A DNA stretch of 59,378 nt, counting the filler. It is 3 parts of 3 records of this genome, joined end to end, with 100 filler letters (N's around TTAATTAATTAA, not from the genome) between each part and the next. Parts side by side here need not be neighbours in the genome. Positions count along the whole stretch, not along the records: positions 41,991 to 59,378 come from SRR31156797_3984; 2 more parts are not named here. One strand, written 5' to 3'. Both the position numbers and the translations under genes were made by a program. Under the pieces are notes generated by a model. The model ran no database searches, was not told the origin of the DNA, and saw nothing but the letters and a program-made list of their open reading frames with translations. This document shows positions 41,891 through 51,720 of this stretch, piece after piece; the stretch's first letter is position 1, and each line of letters starts with the position of its first letter.

Positions 41891-41990
41891 NNNNNNNNNN
41901 NNNNNNNNNNNNNNNNNNNNNNNNNNNNNNNNNNTTAATTAATTAANNNNNNNNNNNNNNNNNNNNNNNNNNNNNNNNNNNNNNNNNNNN
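41891..41990. other. Artificial contig linker (N44-TTAATTAATTAA-N44)
   Basis: Same cassette as 20621-20720; GC content jumps after it. Confidence 0.97.
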
Positions 41991-42082
41991 AATTTTCACG
42001 TTAATCCGCGATGAGCCGAATGGTTTCAGTGTAGCCATGGGTAGAATAAATTTTCGTTCCAAAAACTTTTCATTAAGGGAGG

Positions 42083-43636
42083 ATGGTTACTGTGGTTGGA
42101 CATTTCAGGTATTCATGGGGAGTTATGTTTCTGGTCTGTGTTGTGTTGCCGGCAGTCATACCTGACAGGGGGGTGGGTTCTGAAACGGTTTCGGAGAACA
42201 ATGTTATTGCCGCCGTGGCCGCAGGGGGCGATAGAATTGAGTGGCATCCCCGTGCGGCTTTCCATAAGTTGATCCTGACCGTTTCGGGACCTGGGGATTA
42301 TCAGTATAAACGGGAGTTTCAGCAGGGGAGTCTTCCATTTTTTCAACTGCCGGACAACGGTGGAGATGGATTCCCGGACGGGACCTGCGGTTATCGTTTG
42401 GAACTGGTCCCGGCATCCGGGGGGAAGATGCGCCGGAAGGACATTCCGGCGGGCAGGGACGCAAATACCAAGCCGGCTCTGAAAGGGGCTCCCGAACAGG
42501 TAAAGGTGCAGTCGGGCTCCTTTTTGATTGCGGAAGGCCGTATTGTCTCGGGAGAAGGGGTTCTTGAGATGGAATCGGACGTGCAGGAAGAACCGCGGCC
42601 CGAATCCCGAAATCCGGATCAGTGCATCAATGATGATGCGGTGATTGTCGGAAGTCTCTGCGTGGGCAACGACTGTGTATGCCCCTATCCCGGTTTCGGT
42701 TTCGACACCATCGTCCTTGCGGAAGACAACCTCAGGATTTTGTTTGATGACGCCAGCACTATCGCGGGTTATCCGGCAAATGACTGGCGCATCACCCTCA
42801 ATGACAGCACTTCCGGCGGGGCCGGTTATTTTTCAATAGACGATGCCACCGGGGGAACTTCTCCCTTCAGGGTGGAAGCGGGGGCCCCCGATAATTCACT
42901 TTATGTGGAAGATTACGGCCGGATCGGCCTCGGTACGTCAACGCCCTATGTGGAGTTGCACATGTTGGACGGCGATTCTCCCACCATTCGGCTGGAACAG
43001 GATAGTTCTTTTGGATGGACCGCCCAAACCTGGGACATCGCGGGCAACGAAAGCAATTTCTTTATCAGGGATGCCACCAATGGTTCAAAACTCCCTTTCA
43101 GGATTCAACCCAACACCCCGTCCAGCACGCTTTGCCTTAGAAGTACCGGAACAGTCGGAGTGGGGACCTGGTCGCCGCAAGCCAAGCTGCATGTTCAGGG
43201 GGCTTCCGGTTCAACCGATCCCTTGTTCCTGGTGGAGAGACTTTCGGCGGGCGTCCAGCAGACCTATTTTACGGTGAAGGACGGCGGGGACGTGGAGCTT
43301 TTTAAAAGCATAGGCGAGGGATCGGATCGGAACCTTAAGAAAAACATCAAACCCGTGGATACGGCCATGGTGTTGGCGGGGGTTGCCAAAATGCCCGTGT
43401 CCACATGGAATTACAAGGTGGACCATGATGCGGTGGTTCATATGGGCCCCATGGCCCAGGATTTTCACGCCGCCTTCGGCCTCGGTAAAGACGATAAACA
43501 TATCACCTCAATTGACGCCTCCGGCGTTTCTCTGGCCGCCATTCAGGAACTGAACAAACAGCTCCAAAGGCAGCATGAAATGATTCAAAAACTCCAGGAA
43601 AAAATTGCCCGGCTGGAGGTTCTGGTCAAACAATAA
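42083..43636 (+). CDS. Probably secreted fibre-like beta-rich protein with a C-terminal peptidase S74 intramolecular chaperone
   Basis: AAGGGAGG SD; hydrophobic N-terminus; GRIGLGTSTP and GTVGVGTWSP repeats; SDRNLKKNI...WNYK...HMGPMAQDF...AIQEL plus terminal coiled coil. Confidence 0.82.
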   Translation: MVTVVGHFRYSWGVMFLVCVVLPAVIPDRGVGSETVSENNVIAAVAAGGDRIEWHPRAAFHKLILTVSGPGDYQYKREFQQGSLPFFQLPDNGGDGFPDGTCGYRLELVPASGGKMRRKDIPAGRDANTKPALKGAPEQVKVQSGSFLIAEGRIVSGEGVLEMESDVQEEPRPESRNPDQCINDDAVIVGSLCVGNDCVCPYPGFGFDTIVLAEDNLRILFDDASTIAGYPANDWRITLNDSTSGGAGYFSIDDATGGTSPFRVEAGAPDNSLYVEDYGRIGLGTSTPYVELHMLDGDSPTIRLEQDSSFGWTAQTWDIAGNESNFFIRDATNGSKLPFRIQPNTPSSTLCLRSTGTVGVGTWSPQAKLHVQGASGSTDPLFLVERLSAGVQQTYFTVKDGGDVELFKSIGEGSDRNLKKNIKPVDTAMVLAGVAKMPVSTWNYKVDHDAVVHMGPMAQDFHAAFGLGKDDKHITSIDASGVSLAAIQELNKQLQRQHEMIQKLQEKIARLEVLVKQ

Positions 43637-43710
43637 TCCCATGGCGGTCAGCTGAACATGAATTCATACCAGTGGTCCGTGGGATTACATGGATGGTGGT
43701 CCACCGAAAA

Positions 43711-43815
43711 GGGATCGTAGCGACTGAACAGGTTTGTGGCGCCGGAACCGTCATTTCCGCCGAAAAAATAGATCCGGTCGCCGATTCTGCTCATGCTGTG
43801 CCCTTTCCGGGTCCG
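43711..43815 (-). pseudogene. Single Kelch-repeat fragment
   Basis: RKGHSMSRIGDRIYFFGGNDGSGATNLFSRYDP inside the short ORF 43648-43893. Confidence 0.45.
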
Positions 43816-44082
43816 GTTCCGGTTACCTGCTTCCACCCCGCTTGGGCACAATGCCAAACCGGAATGGCCAACAAGAACATCAAAATGAAACATACCTTTT
43901 TCATGGGCATGGAAGTCCCCTAATTGTTGACGGCTAACCGCTTCTTTTTTACCGATTTTTTACCCTTTAACACCTTGATTAAGTATCCATATGCGTATAT
44001 GAAGTCCCAAACAGCATGGTTTTCATTTTATAAAAATAGACCAAATGATCTATTTTCAACCTTTTTCCGGATATTTTAAGAC

Positions 44083-45066
44083 ATGAAACAGGACACGATG
44101 ATTGACAATCCCAGGATTCACGCGTTTTTCCTGGCGCTGTTAAGCTCCGTGCACGGGGTATCGCCGAAAGAATTCCAGAAAAAGATAATGGATCAGCTGC
44201 AGTCGCTCATATCCTTTGATAAGGGCCTTTGGCTCAGCGGGTACGTAAAGGAAATTTTGATCACCCATGTCTATCTCCATAACCTCCCTGAGACATTAAT
44301 GACGTCCTGGGAGTCGATGAAGGGGCAAGACAGGATTTTGAAAGGTATTCTGGAAGAATGGCCCGGTAAAACCGTGGATATGCGTGAGTTCTATACTCAA
44401 GAGGAGAGGATTAATGCCGATATCTATCAAAAGCACTCCAAGAAATTCGGCATCGAGCATGTCATAACAACGGCATTGCCGGACTATCATACCGGGCTTG
44501 TGGAGGCCATCAGCCTCTATCGCAGCGACCCGGACGCTCCGTTCTCTCCCGGGGACCGAAAGCTGAAAGAGTTTCTCTTTCCATTGATGATCGAGGCATT
44601 CTGTTACAACCAGCTCAACTACATGCTCAGCATCTCCAGGCAGAGTCACACCTCCACATTGGCGGTATGCGACGAAAAGGCATGGCTGCGCCATGCGGAA
44701 CCCGGGTTCTATTCATTGCTCAAAACCGAATGGCCCCACTGGTCCGGGCCTGTGCTGCCCCGGCCCATTCTGAAATTGATCTCATCTTCAACCAGGTCAT
44801 TGCTGCGGTATGAACAGGTGAGCTTTCGCCACCAAAAAATTGCGAAAATGCGGTTGATTTTTGCCCACCAGCGCACCCTCACCCGGCAGTTGAGCAAACG
44901 GGAAGACCAGATCGCCGTGATGTTTTCATCCGGTAAAAGCCATAAAGAGATTGCAAAAGACCTCAATATTTCTCCGGCAACCGTTAGAAATCATATCGAT
45001 TCGGTTTATAAAAAACTGGATGTTTCCAATAAAATTCAACTGCTCAACGTCATCAACAGCTCTTGA
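44083..45066 (+). CDS. LuxR-family transcriptional regulator with an N-terminal sensor domain
   Basis: C-terminal LSKREDQIA..GKSHKEIAKDLNISPATVRNHIDSVYKKLDV HTH. Confidence 0.88.
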   Translation: MKQDTMIDNPRIHAFFLALLSSVHGVSPKEFQKKIMDQLQSLISFDKGLWLSGYVKEILITHVYLHNLPETLMTSWESMKGQDRILKGILEEWPGKTVDMREFYTQEERINADIYQKHSKKFGIEHVITTALPDYHTGLVEAISLYRSDPDAPFSPGDRKLKEFLFPLMIEAFCYNQLNYMLSISRQSHTSTLAVCDEKAWLRHAEPGFYSLLKTEWPHWSGPVLPRPILKLISSSTRSLLRYEQVSFRHQKIAKMRLIFAHQRTLTRQLSKREDQIAVMFSSGKSHKEIAKDLNISPATVRNHIDSVYKKLDVSNKIQLLNVINSS

Positions 45067-45116
45067 TCATCTGAAAACAATATTCAGGGACAATATGGAA
45101 TGCGGCGGTCCGTTGC

Positions 45117-45893
45117 TCAGGTGATGATGAGCCGCTGGGGGTCGCAGGTGTCGCGAAGCGTTGCTAGCTCCGCTTCGGTGGGGGGGCGGGCTTCTGTTGC
45201 CCGCGTCACATCAACGCAAAATTCCATGTTGTCCAGGATTTCTTCGGTGGTTACCCCCGGATAATAGCGGTCCAGGTACATTTCCCCGGTTTTATCATCA
45301 AAACGCATCACTCCCAGGTTGGTCACCACCATCCGCACTCCGCCCGACCTGAGGCCGGCGGCCGCGCGGGCCCCGGGGCCGTCAAGGCCTCCCGGGCTGG
45401 TAAGATAGTCAAGCTCCTCTGGGAATTTGCGTTTTTGGTGCTGCATGAAGGCGATGACCCGGGGTACGAAAGATGCCACATCGCACCCTCCGCCGGATCC
45501 GGCAAACCGTATTGCGGGACGCTCGTAGTCGCCGATGCAGGTGCTGTTCAGGTTGCCGTAGCGATCTATCTGGGCCGCCCCCAGTATGGCCACCACCTTT
45601 TGGCCGGTGATGGGGTTTTGCATGGTGGCGAAGGAGTCCAGGAGCTTTGCGTTGCTGGCGGCCTTGTACATGATGCGGGGGTCGGCCACGGCCAGGGGGA
45701 TCTCCGCCAGCAGTGAATCGATGGCCCCGGTCTCAAAGAAGATCACGCTGTTGGGGGCGTGGATGTGTTTGGCGGCGGTGGCCGCCAGCATGCTGATGCC
45801 GGTTCCGCAGAACACGATGTCGTCATCGGTGATTTCCCGGGCCGCCTGCAGGGTCATCATCTCCCGGGGGGAGTAGCGCACTTGTTCCGACAT
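45117..45893 (-). CDS. Family I CoA-transferase subunit B (glutaconate CoA-transferase-like)
   Basis: VFCGTGI, FFETG (catalytic Glu), LGAAQIDRYGNLNST, GSGGGCD, DYLTSPG. Confidence 0.88.
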   Translation of the reverse strand: MSEQVRYSPREMMTLQAAREITDDDIVFCGTGISMLAATAAKHIHAPNSVIFFETGAIDSLLAEIPLAVADPRIMYKAASNAKLLDSFATMQNPITGQKVVAILGAAQIDRYGNLNSTCIGDYERPAIRFAGSGGGCDVASFVPRVIAFMQHQKRKFPEELDYLTSPGGLDGPGARAAAGLRSGGVRMVVTNLGVMRFDDKTGEMYLDRYYPGVTTEEILDNMEFCVDVTRATEARPPTEAELATLRDTCDPQRLIIT

Positions 45894-45895
45894 GA

Positions 45896-46873
45896 CTAAT
45901 CTCTCCTAAGCCCCACGGCATAGCCGGTTACCGGGTCCGCTTTGATGGCTTCCAACCGCTCTTTTCCCACCAGATCCAGCAGGTCCTCGTGTCCTGTCAA
46001 ATCATATATGTGGCGCTTCTGGAAAGCGGCAAAGGCCTCGTCGTCCCTGGCCGCGTCCCCATACTCTCTCAGATAGCGGGGGTCGTAGTCATAATGACGG
46101 TAACAGGCCGTGGGATAGGCCCCGTGGGGCGCCCGGCAGACGGCGCTGATGTGGATAAAGGGGATCTGCACCTGATCCGGATCGGCTCTCAGAACGGACG
46201 TGTCCACCATCTCCTCGCAGGTGACGATCACCGCTTTTGAGGCCTTGGCCTGCTCCACGTCCATAAAAGTGAGCCCGGCGATGCTGACATTTCCGTCTTT
46301 ATCGGCCCGCTGCGCATGGATAAGGGTCACGTCCGGGTTGATGGACGGGACGCAGAGGACCTTGTCCGCCCCGGCCCAGCCTTCAAAGGGGTTCTCCATG
46401 ACCACCACCTTCAGATTGGGCAGGGACGGGTTTTTTGCCCGCATTTCCCGGCTGAAACCCCAGCGGGTGGTGATATGGCTGCCGAAGCCGGAAAGGCAGG
46501 GCAGAAAAGGGACGCCCATGGCACCGGCCTGGAACCGCAAGGCCATCATGTAGTTGGAGTAGTCCTCCATTTCCAGCTGCCCCCGTTCGGCGGCGAGGCG
46601 GAAGCGGATGCAGGTGGCAGCCGTTTTGCCCACCCCGCTGTAGGCGATTTCCAGGCGCCTGAGGCAGCCGCCCCCGATCAGCTCGTCCACGGCCTGGCCG
46701 TTGGAGTGGGCATAGAGATGCAGGTCCCTGATGCCGGCCCGGATGATTTCATACACCGCGGCCATGGGGTTGCGGTTCAGGGTGAAGCCGCCCACCGAGA
46801 TGTGGCAGCCGTCTTTCACATATCTTTTCACCGCCTCGGCAAGGGGCATGGTTTTGTCGCCTTTGATGCTCAT
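45896..46873 (-). CDS. Family I CoA-transferase subunit A
   Basis: GGFTLNRNPMA, RFQAGAMGVPFLP, PDVTLIHAQRADKDGN, HGAYPTAC. Confidence 0.88.
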   Translation of the reverse strand: MSIKGDKTMPLAEAVKRYVKDGCHISVGGFTLNRNPMAAVYEIIRAGIRDLHLYAHSNGQAVDELIGGGCLRRLEIAYSGVGKTAATCIRFRLAAERGQLEMEDYSNYMMALRFQAGAMGVPFLPCLSGFGSHITTRWGFSREMRAKNPSLPNLKVVVMENPFEGWAGADKVLCVPSINPDVTLIHAQRADKDGNVSIAGLTFMDVEQAKASKAVIVTCEEMVDTSVLRADPDQVQIPFIHISAVCRAPHGAYPTACYRHYDYDPRYLREYGDAARDDEAFAAFQKRHIYDLTGHEDLLDLVGKERLEAIKADPVTGYAVGLRRD

Positions 46874-49536
46874 GGACCATTCCGTCCCGATTCACCCAAG
46901 GCGGCCAGGACCTTGTCGGGGGTGGCAGGCAGATCGGTGATGAAAGAACCCGTGGCGTTTTTTATGGCGTTGATCACCGCCGGAGCCGTGGGCACCAGGC
47001 ACATCTCGCCCACTCCGGTGCACCCCATGGGTCCTTTGGGCCTGGGCGTCTCCCGGATGATCACCTCCTGTTCACAGGACAGATCAATGGTGGGGAACTT
47101 GAAGGTGCGCCAGTCCCTGGTTTCACCTGCCACATACTCTTCACGCAGTGCCAGACCGACGCCCATGTCCGCCCCCCCTTCCAGCTGTCCGGTGAGGTTG
47201 TTGGGGTTGATGACCGGACCCGCGTCCACCGCGGTGGTGATCTTGAGAACCTTCACCCCGCCGGTCTCCCTGTCCACCGCCACTTCGGCCATCTGCATTG
47301 CGTGTACCTGGGATTCAAAGGAAGGCCCCTGGCCGGTCTCCGGATCCAGGGTTCCGGTTTCCCGGTTCTTCTTCTTGCCCAGATATTGCGCCGGCTTTCC
47401 TGCTGCTGCCAACTCCGGCCCGGTTTCGGCCCCGGTCTCCCCCATGGCCCGTTTCAGTTTTTCCAAACCGTCCAACAGGGCGCCGCCCATCATGTAGGTG
47501 ATGCGGCTGCCAGCCGCCGGGCCGGAAGCGGCGGTAAGATCCGTATTGCGGGTAAACAACCGGATCTTGTGAAGGGGAAGCCCCATGAACTGGGCCGTCA
47601 ACTGGGTCAGCATGGCATCGTTCCCCTCGCCGGGATCGGCCGCCGCACCATGGATGGAAACCCCGCCGTCCGGGTCAAGTTCCACCGCCACCACCGAGGC
47701 ATCGTTGGGGCCACCGATGCCGAAGGAACCGGTGGCAAGGCCCACCCCACGCAGATAGCGTCCTTCGGGTGCCGCCAGGGCCTCTTTCTTGGCCCGATCG
47801 TAATGGGGCCGGATGGCTCCGGCCAGTCCGTCCATGGGCCATTCGGTGACATCACGGCCGGTGGATTTGGTCTGGCCCGGTTTCAGAAAGTTTTTAATCC
47901 TGAACTCAAGGGGATCCATGCCCAGCTTGTCTGCCAGCATCTCCATGGCACATTCCAGGGCGAAGTTGGCCTGGGGCGGCCCCGCCCCCCTGGCCGCAGC
48001 TCCCCAGGGGTTGTTGGTGTAGACCAGGCGGCCCAGGGCCTTGACATTGGGGATGTTATAGGAGCCGGAGAGCATCATCATGGCGCGGAGCACAACCACG
48101 TTTCCCATGGAATAATAGGCCCCGTTGTCCACCAGCATGTCGTTTATATAAGCGGTGAGCTTTCCGTCCCCATGGGCGGCCAGCTTCACATCCATGTGAA
48201 AGGGATGCCGCTTGGGGCTCATGAGCATGGACTCGTGGAGGCTGGGGATGTAACGCACCGCCCGGCGGAAGAATATGGCGGCCGCGGCGCAGAGACCCTC
48301 GGAGACCACCTCGATCTTGATGCCGAACTGCCCGCCGGTGAACGCTTCCTCATAGGACATGTTTTCCCAGCCCAGGGCCTCCTGCAGCATGCCCAGGTGG
48401 TGATGGATGTTGATGCTCCGGCCCACCACCACCAGCATGGGGTCTTCTTCGTCGTTCCAGTAAGCCACGGTGGCCTCCGCCTCAAGGGGGGCCTGGTGAT
48501 TGGTCTGGGTGGTGAAACGGGCCTCCACCACGGCGGCCGCATCCTTTAGTGCCTCTTCGGCGTCGCCCTTTATCTGGGGCTGTCGGAAGCAGAGATTGGG
48601 TGTTCCCTCATGCACTTCCACCGAACCTTGGGCCAAACCCTCTTCCTGGCTTAAAAGAACCGGCAGGGGCTCCAGTTCAACCTTGATGGCATCCACCGCC
48701 TGAAGGGCCTCTTCCCGGGTGCGGGCCCCCACCAGGGCGATGGGATCGCCGATGCAGCGGACCTTGCCGTCGCACAGCACCGGCCGGTCGTCAATGATGT
48801 ATTTGAGACGGTTGGTTCCCTGAATGTCCTTGGCCGTCATGACACCGGCCACGCCGGGCATCTTTTCGGCCTCTCTAAAATCTATGGATTTGATGAGGGC
48901 GTGGGGCCTTTCACTTCTCAGCACGGCCATTTCCAGGGCCCCGGGAATCTTGTAGTCCGCCGTGAAACGGGCCGTGCCGCAAGCCTTGGCATAGTCGCCG
49001 GGCTGAGGGTGGCTCACCCCCATGTAACCCCGGCTCTCCCTGGGAGCCACCGCTTCCGGAGTGATCTCACCCCGCAGGAATCGGCCGGCCAGCCTGACCG
49101 CCTCAATGATCTTCACATAGCCGGTGCAGCGGCAAAGGTTGCGGCTAAGCCCCTTCTTGATCTCCTCGTCGTCGGGGTCGGGATTTTTGTCCAACAGCGT
49201 TTTGGCGGCCATGATCATTCCGGGCATGCAGAAACCGCACTGGATGGCGCCGGCCAGGACAAAGGCGTGCTGGATGAAATGGGGGTTTTCCGGGGTTCCC
49301 AAACCCTCGATTGTAATGACCCGGGAGCCGTTGAGTTGGTTCATCTTCATCAGACAGGAGGGGACCGCTTTATTGTCCACAATGACGGTGCAGGCCCCGC
49401 ATTGGCCCTTTCGGTCACAGGATTGCTTGGCACCGATGAGGTCCAGGCCGTTCCGCAGATAATCGAGCAATACCATTTTGTCATCAGCAAGCACCTCTTT
49501 CCGGCGCCCGTTCACTTCAAAAACAATCTTTTCCAT
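46870..49536 (-). CDS. Molybdenum-dependent aldehyde oxidoreductase (Mop-like, 2x[2Fe-2S] + Moco, no FAD domain)
   Basis: CDRKGQCGAC, QCGFC, CRCTGY, GGQFGIK, AARGAG, QLEGG, GVGE; start trimmed to ATG 49536 (MEKIVF) behind AAGGAG. Confidence 0.88.
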   Translation of the reverse strand: MEKIVFEVNGRRKEVLADDKMVLLDYLRNGLDLIGAKQSCDRKGQCGACTVIVDNKAVPSCLMKMNQLNGSRVITIEGLGTPENPHFIQHAFVLAGAIQCGFCMPGMIMAAKTLLDKNPDPDDEEIKKGLSRNLCRCTGYVKIIEAVRLAGRFLRGEITPEAVAPRESRGYMGVSHPQPGDYAKACGTARFTADYKIPGALEMAVLRSERPHALIKSIDFREAEKMPGVAGVMTAKDIQGTNRLKYIIDDRPVLCDGKVRCIGDPIALVGARTREEALQAVDAIKVELEPLPVLLSQEEGLAQGSVEVHEGTPNLCFRQPQIKGDAEEALKDAAAVVEARFTTQTNHQAPLEAEATVAYWNDEEDPMLVVVGRSINIHHHLGMLQEALGWENMSYEEAFTGGQFGIKIEVVSEGLCAAAAIFFRRAVRYIPSLHESMLMSPKRHPFHMDVKLAAHGDGKLTAYINDMLVDNGAYYSMGNVVVLRAMMMLSGSYNIPNVKALGRLVYTNNPWGAAARGAGPPQANFALECAMEMLADKLGMDPLEFRIKNFLKPGQTKSTGRDVTEWPMDGLAGAIRPHYDRAKKEALAAPEGRYLRGVGLATGSFGIGGPNDASVVAVELDPDGGVSIHGAAADPGEGNDAMLTQLTAQFMGLPLHKIRLFTRNTDLTAASGPAAGSRITYMMGGALLDGLEKLKRAMGETGAETGPELAAAGKPAQYLGKKKNRETGTLDPETGQGPSFESQVHAMQMAEVAVDRETGGVKVLKITTAVDAGPVINPNNLTGQLEGGADMGVGLALREEYVAGETRDWRTFKFPTIDLSCEQEVIIRETPRPKGPMGCTGVGEMCLVPTAPAVINAIKNATGSFITDLPATPDKVLAALGESGRNGP

Positions 49537-49552
49537 ATGAATTTCCGCTCCT

Positions 49553-50737
49553 TTAGAAGGCGCTGCGGTATATATTTTCCACGTCCTTCTCCGTGAGATC
49601 CCGGGGATTGGGCACAAACAGACGCGCCTGCTGCATTGCGCCCGCTACCAGTTTGGGCAAATCCTCCTCCGGAATCCCGTAATCGGCGAGTTTGGGGGAG
49701 ACATCCATGGCCTCCATGAGTTCGTAAACCGCCTCCACCGACATGGCCGCGGCTTCGTAGGTCGGGAGCCGGTCCACGTTCTTGCCCATGGCCTTGGCGA
49801 TCCGGGCGAATTTCTCCAGATTGCCCACCTTGTTGAATTTCATGATGTGCGGCAGCATGATGGCGTTGGAGCGGCCATGGGACATGTGGTATTCGGTTCC
49901 CAGGACATATGCCGAACCGTGCACCGCCCCCAGGCCCCCGCTGGCAAAGGCGGAGCCTGCGAGGTTGGCCGCCAGGAGCATATTGTAACGGGCCGGCATA
50001 TGGCTCCCCTTGGCATAGGCCTGCGGCAGATGGCGGGCGATCATGCCGATGGCCTGCAGGGCCAGTATCTCGGCGTAGGGTGTGGTGTTCACCGACACAT
50101 AGCTCTCTATGGCATGCACCAGAGCGTCCATGCCGGTATCGGCGGTCACCACGGGCGGCATGGAGAGGGTGAGCGAGGGGTCCAGTACGGCCAGGTCCGG
50201 CAGCAGGTAGTCGCTGTAGACCACCTTTTTGATATTGTCGTTCTCATCGGTGAACACCATCACCCGGGTGGCCTCGCTACCGGTACCCGCCGTGGTGGGC
50301 ACCAGGACCAGGGGCGCCCCCTTTTGGGGCACCGTGTCCATGCCCACATAGTCCAGCACCGATCCGGGGTTTGCGGCCAGGGTCGCCACCATTTTGGCCG
50401 AGTCCAGGGAGCTGCCGCCCCCCAGGCCCACACACAGGTCATAACCGCCCCGGCGGAACATGTCGGCGCACCGGTCGATAATCCCGGCAGGCGGCTCGGG
50501 CAAAACCCCGTCGAACATCCCCACCTCAAGACCCGCCGCGGCCAGGGAATCCTCCACCGCTTCCGCGAGACCCGCCTTCACCACCCCCTGGTCGGTGACC
50601 AGCAGGGCTTTGCCGGCGCCCAGCTTTTTGGCCTCCGTACCCACCTGGGATACGGCTCCCTTGGCGAGAACCGTCTTCCTGCCGGCCAGGAAACTGCTCA
50701 ACTTTTCCATTTCATAAAACGTTGTCTTCATTATCAA
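49553..50737 (-). CDS. Iron-containing alcohol dehydrogenase
   Basis: GGGSSLD, PTTAGTGSE, GMDALVHAIE, GAVH, HGRSNA. Confidence 0.92.
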   Translation of the reverse strand: MIMKTTFYEMEKLSSFLAGRKTVLAKGAVSQVGTEAKKLGAGKALLVTDQGVVKAGLAEAVEDSLAAAGLEVGMFDGVLPEPPAGIIDRCADMFRRGGYDLCVGLGGGSSLDSAKMVATLAANPGSVLDYVGMDTVPQKGAPLVLVPTTAGTGSEATRVMVFTDENDNIKKVVYSDYLLPDLAVLDPSLTLSMPPVVTADTGMDALVHAIESYVSVNTTPYAEILALQAIGMIARHLPQAYAKGSHMPARYNMLLAANLAGSAFASGGLGAVHGSAYVLGTEYHMSHGRSNAIMLPHIMKFNKVGNLEKFARIAKAMGKNVDRLPTYEAAAMSVEAVYELMEAMDVSPKLADYGIPEEDLPKLVAGAMQQARLFVPNPRDLTEKDVENIYRSAF

Positions 50738-51720
50738 CTCCTCACTTCATCGAATCTTTTTTGGACCCACTGGGTGATGCTTCCCACGATCCCTTTGGGC
50801 AGGAAAATGATCATCACCAAGAGGGAGATACCGAAAATCACCTCCGACACGCCCAGGAAGCCTGAGTGGAAACTGACCCGGAAATATTCTTCCAGGGAAA
50901 CCATGATGGCACTTCCCACCAACGGACCGAACATACTGAACATGCCGCCCAGGATGGCCTTGAAGCAGGTTGCCAGGGAAATTCCCACGCCGCTGATGGT
51001 GCCCGGGTTTATGTACGTCAGGTATTGTGCATAGAGCACACCGCCCATGGCGGTGAGCCCCGCGCTGAGCAGGGTGATTCCCATTTTAAAGCGGATCACG
51101 CTGACACCCAGGGACGAGGCGGCCAGTTCCGACTCCTCGATGGCGGTGAGCGCCAGGCGCATTCGACTTCTATCGATACACCGCCAGATGTAAAGGGCCA
51201 ACAGCAGAAAGGCGAAGGTGATGAAGTAGAAATAGCGCTTGTCCGTGAACTGCAGACTGGCCCACCCCACCGAAGATTTGAGGGTGCAGCCCAGGGAGCC
51301 GCCCGTGATCTCCCGTAAGGCCACAATGGCCAGGCTGGCCACTTCGGCCATGGCCAGGGTGACCAGGGCGAAGTAGTCGCCGGTCAGGCCGAAACGGAAG
51401 CAGGCATAGCCGATAATGGACGCCACCACCAGGGCCGTGCCCACACCCACAAACATGCCCAGCCAGGGGGAGATTCCGTAGTAGTTGAACAACAGCACCG
51501 GGATGTAGGCCCCGATGCCCAGAAACACCCCGTGGCCCAAGGAGACCAGGCCGAAACGGGCCATGTAGGCCCATGCGGTGGATACGAAACCCCACAGGAG
51601 GATCAGGGTGCCGATGTGGATGAGGTATTCCGAAGTGGCCAAGAAAGGGGCTGCGGCCAGCAGCACCAGCAGTACGACCATCATGGCCCCGGCAGTCTTA
51701 CCTTTTGGTTCCATACTCAT
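50734..51720 (-). CDS. Liv-type ABC transporter permease (LivM-like)
   Basis: SLGHGVFLGIGAY, YFALVTLA, TGGSLG, ILGGM..GPLVG, PKGIVG. Confidence 0.9.
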   Translation of the reverse strand: MSMEPKGKTAGAMMVVLLVLLAAAPFLATSEYLIHIGTLILLWGFVSTAWAYMARFGLVSLGHGVFLGIGAYIPVLLFNYYGISPWLGMFVGVGTALVVASIIGYACFRFGLTGDYFALVTLAMAEVASLAIVALREITGGSLGCTLKSSVGWASLQFTDKRYFYFITFAFLLLALYIWRCIDRSRMRLALTAIEESELAASSLGVSVIRFKMGITLLSAGLTAMGGVLYAQYLTYINPGTISGVGISLATCFKAILGGMFSMFGPLVGSAIMVSLEEYFRVSFHSGFLGVSEVIFGISLLVMIIFLPKGIVGSITQWVQKRFDEVRS

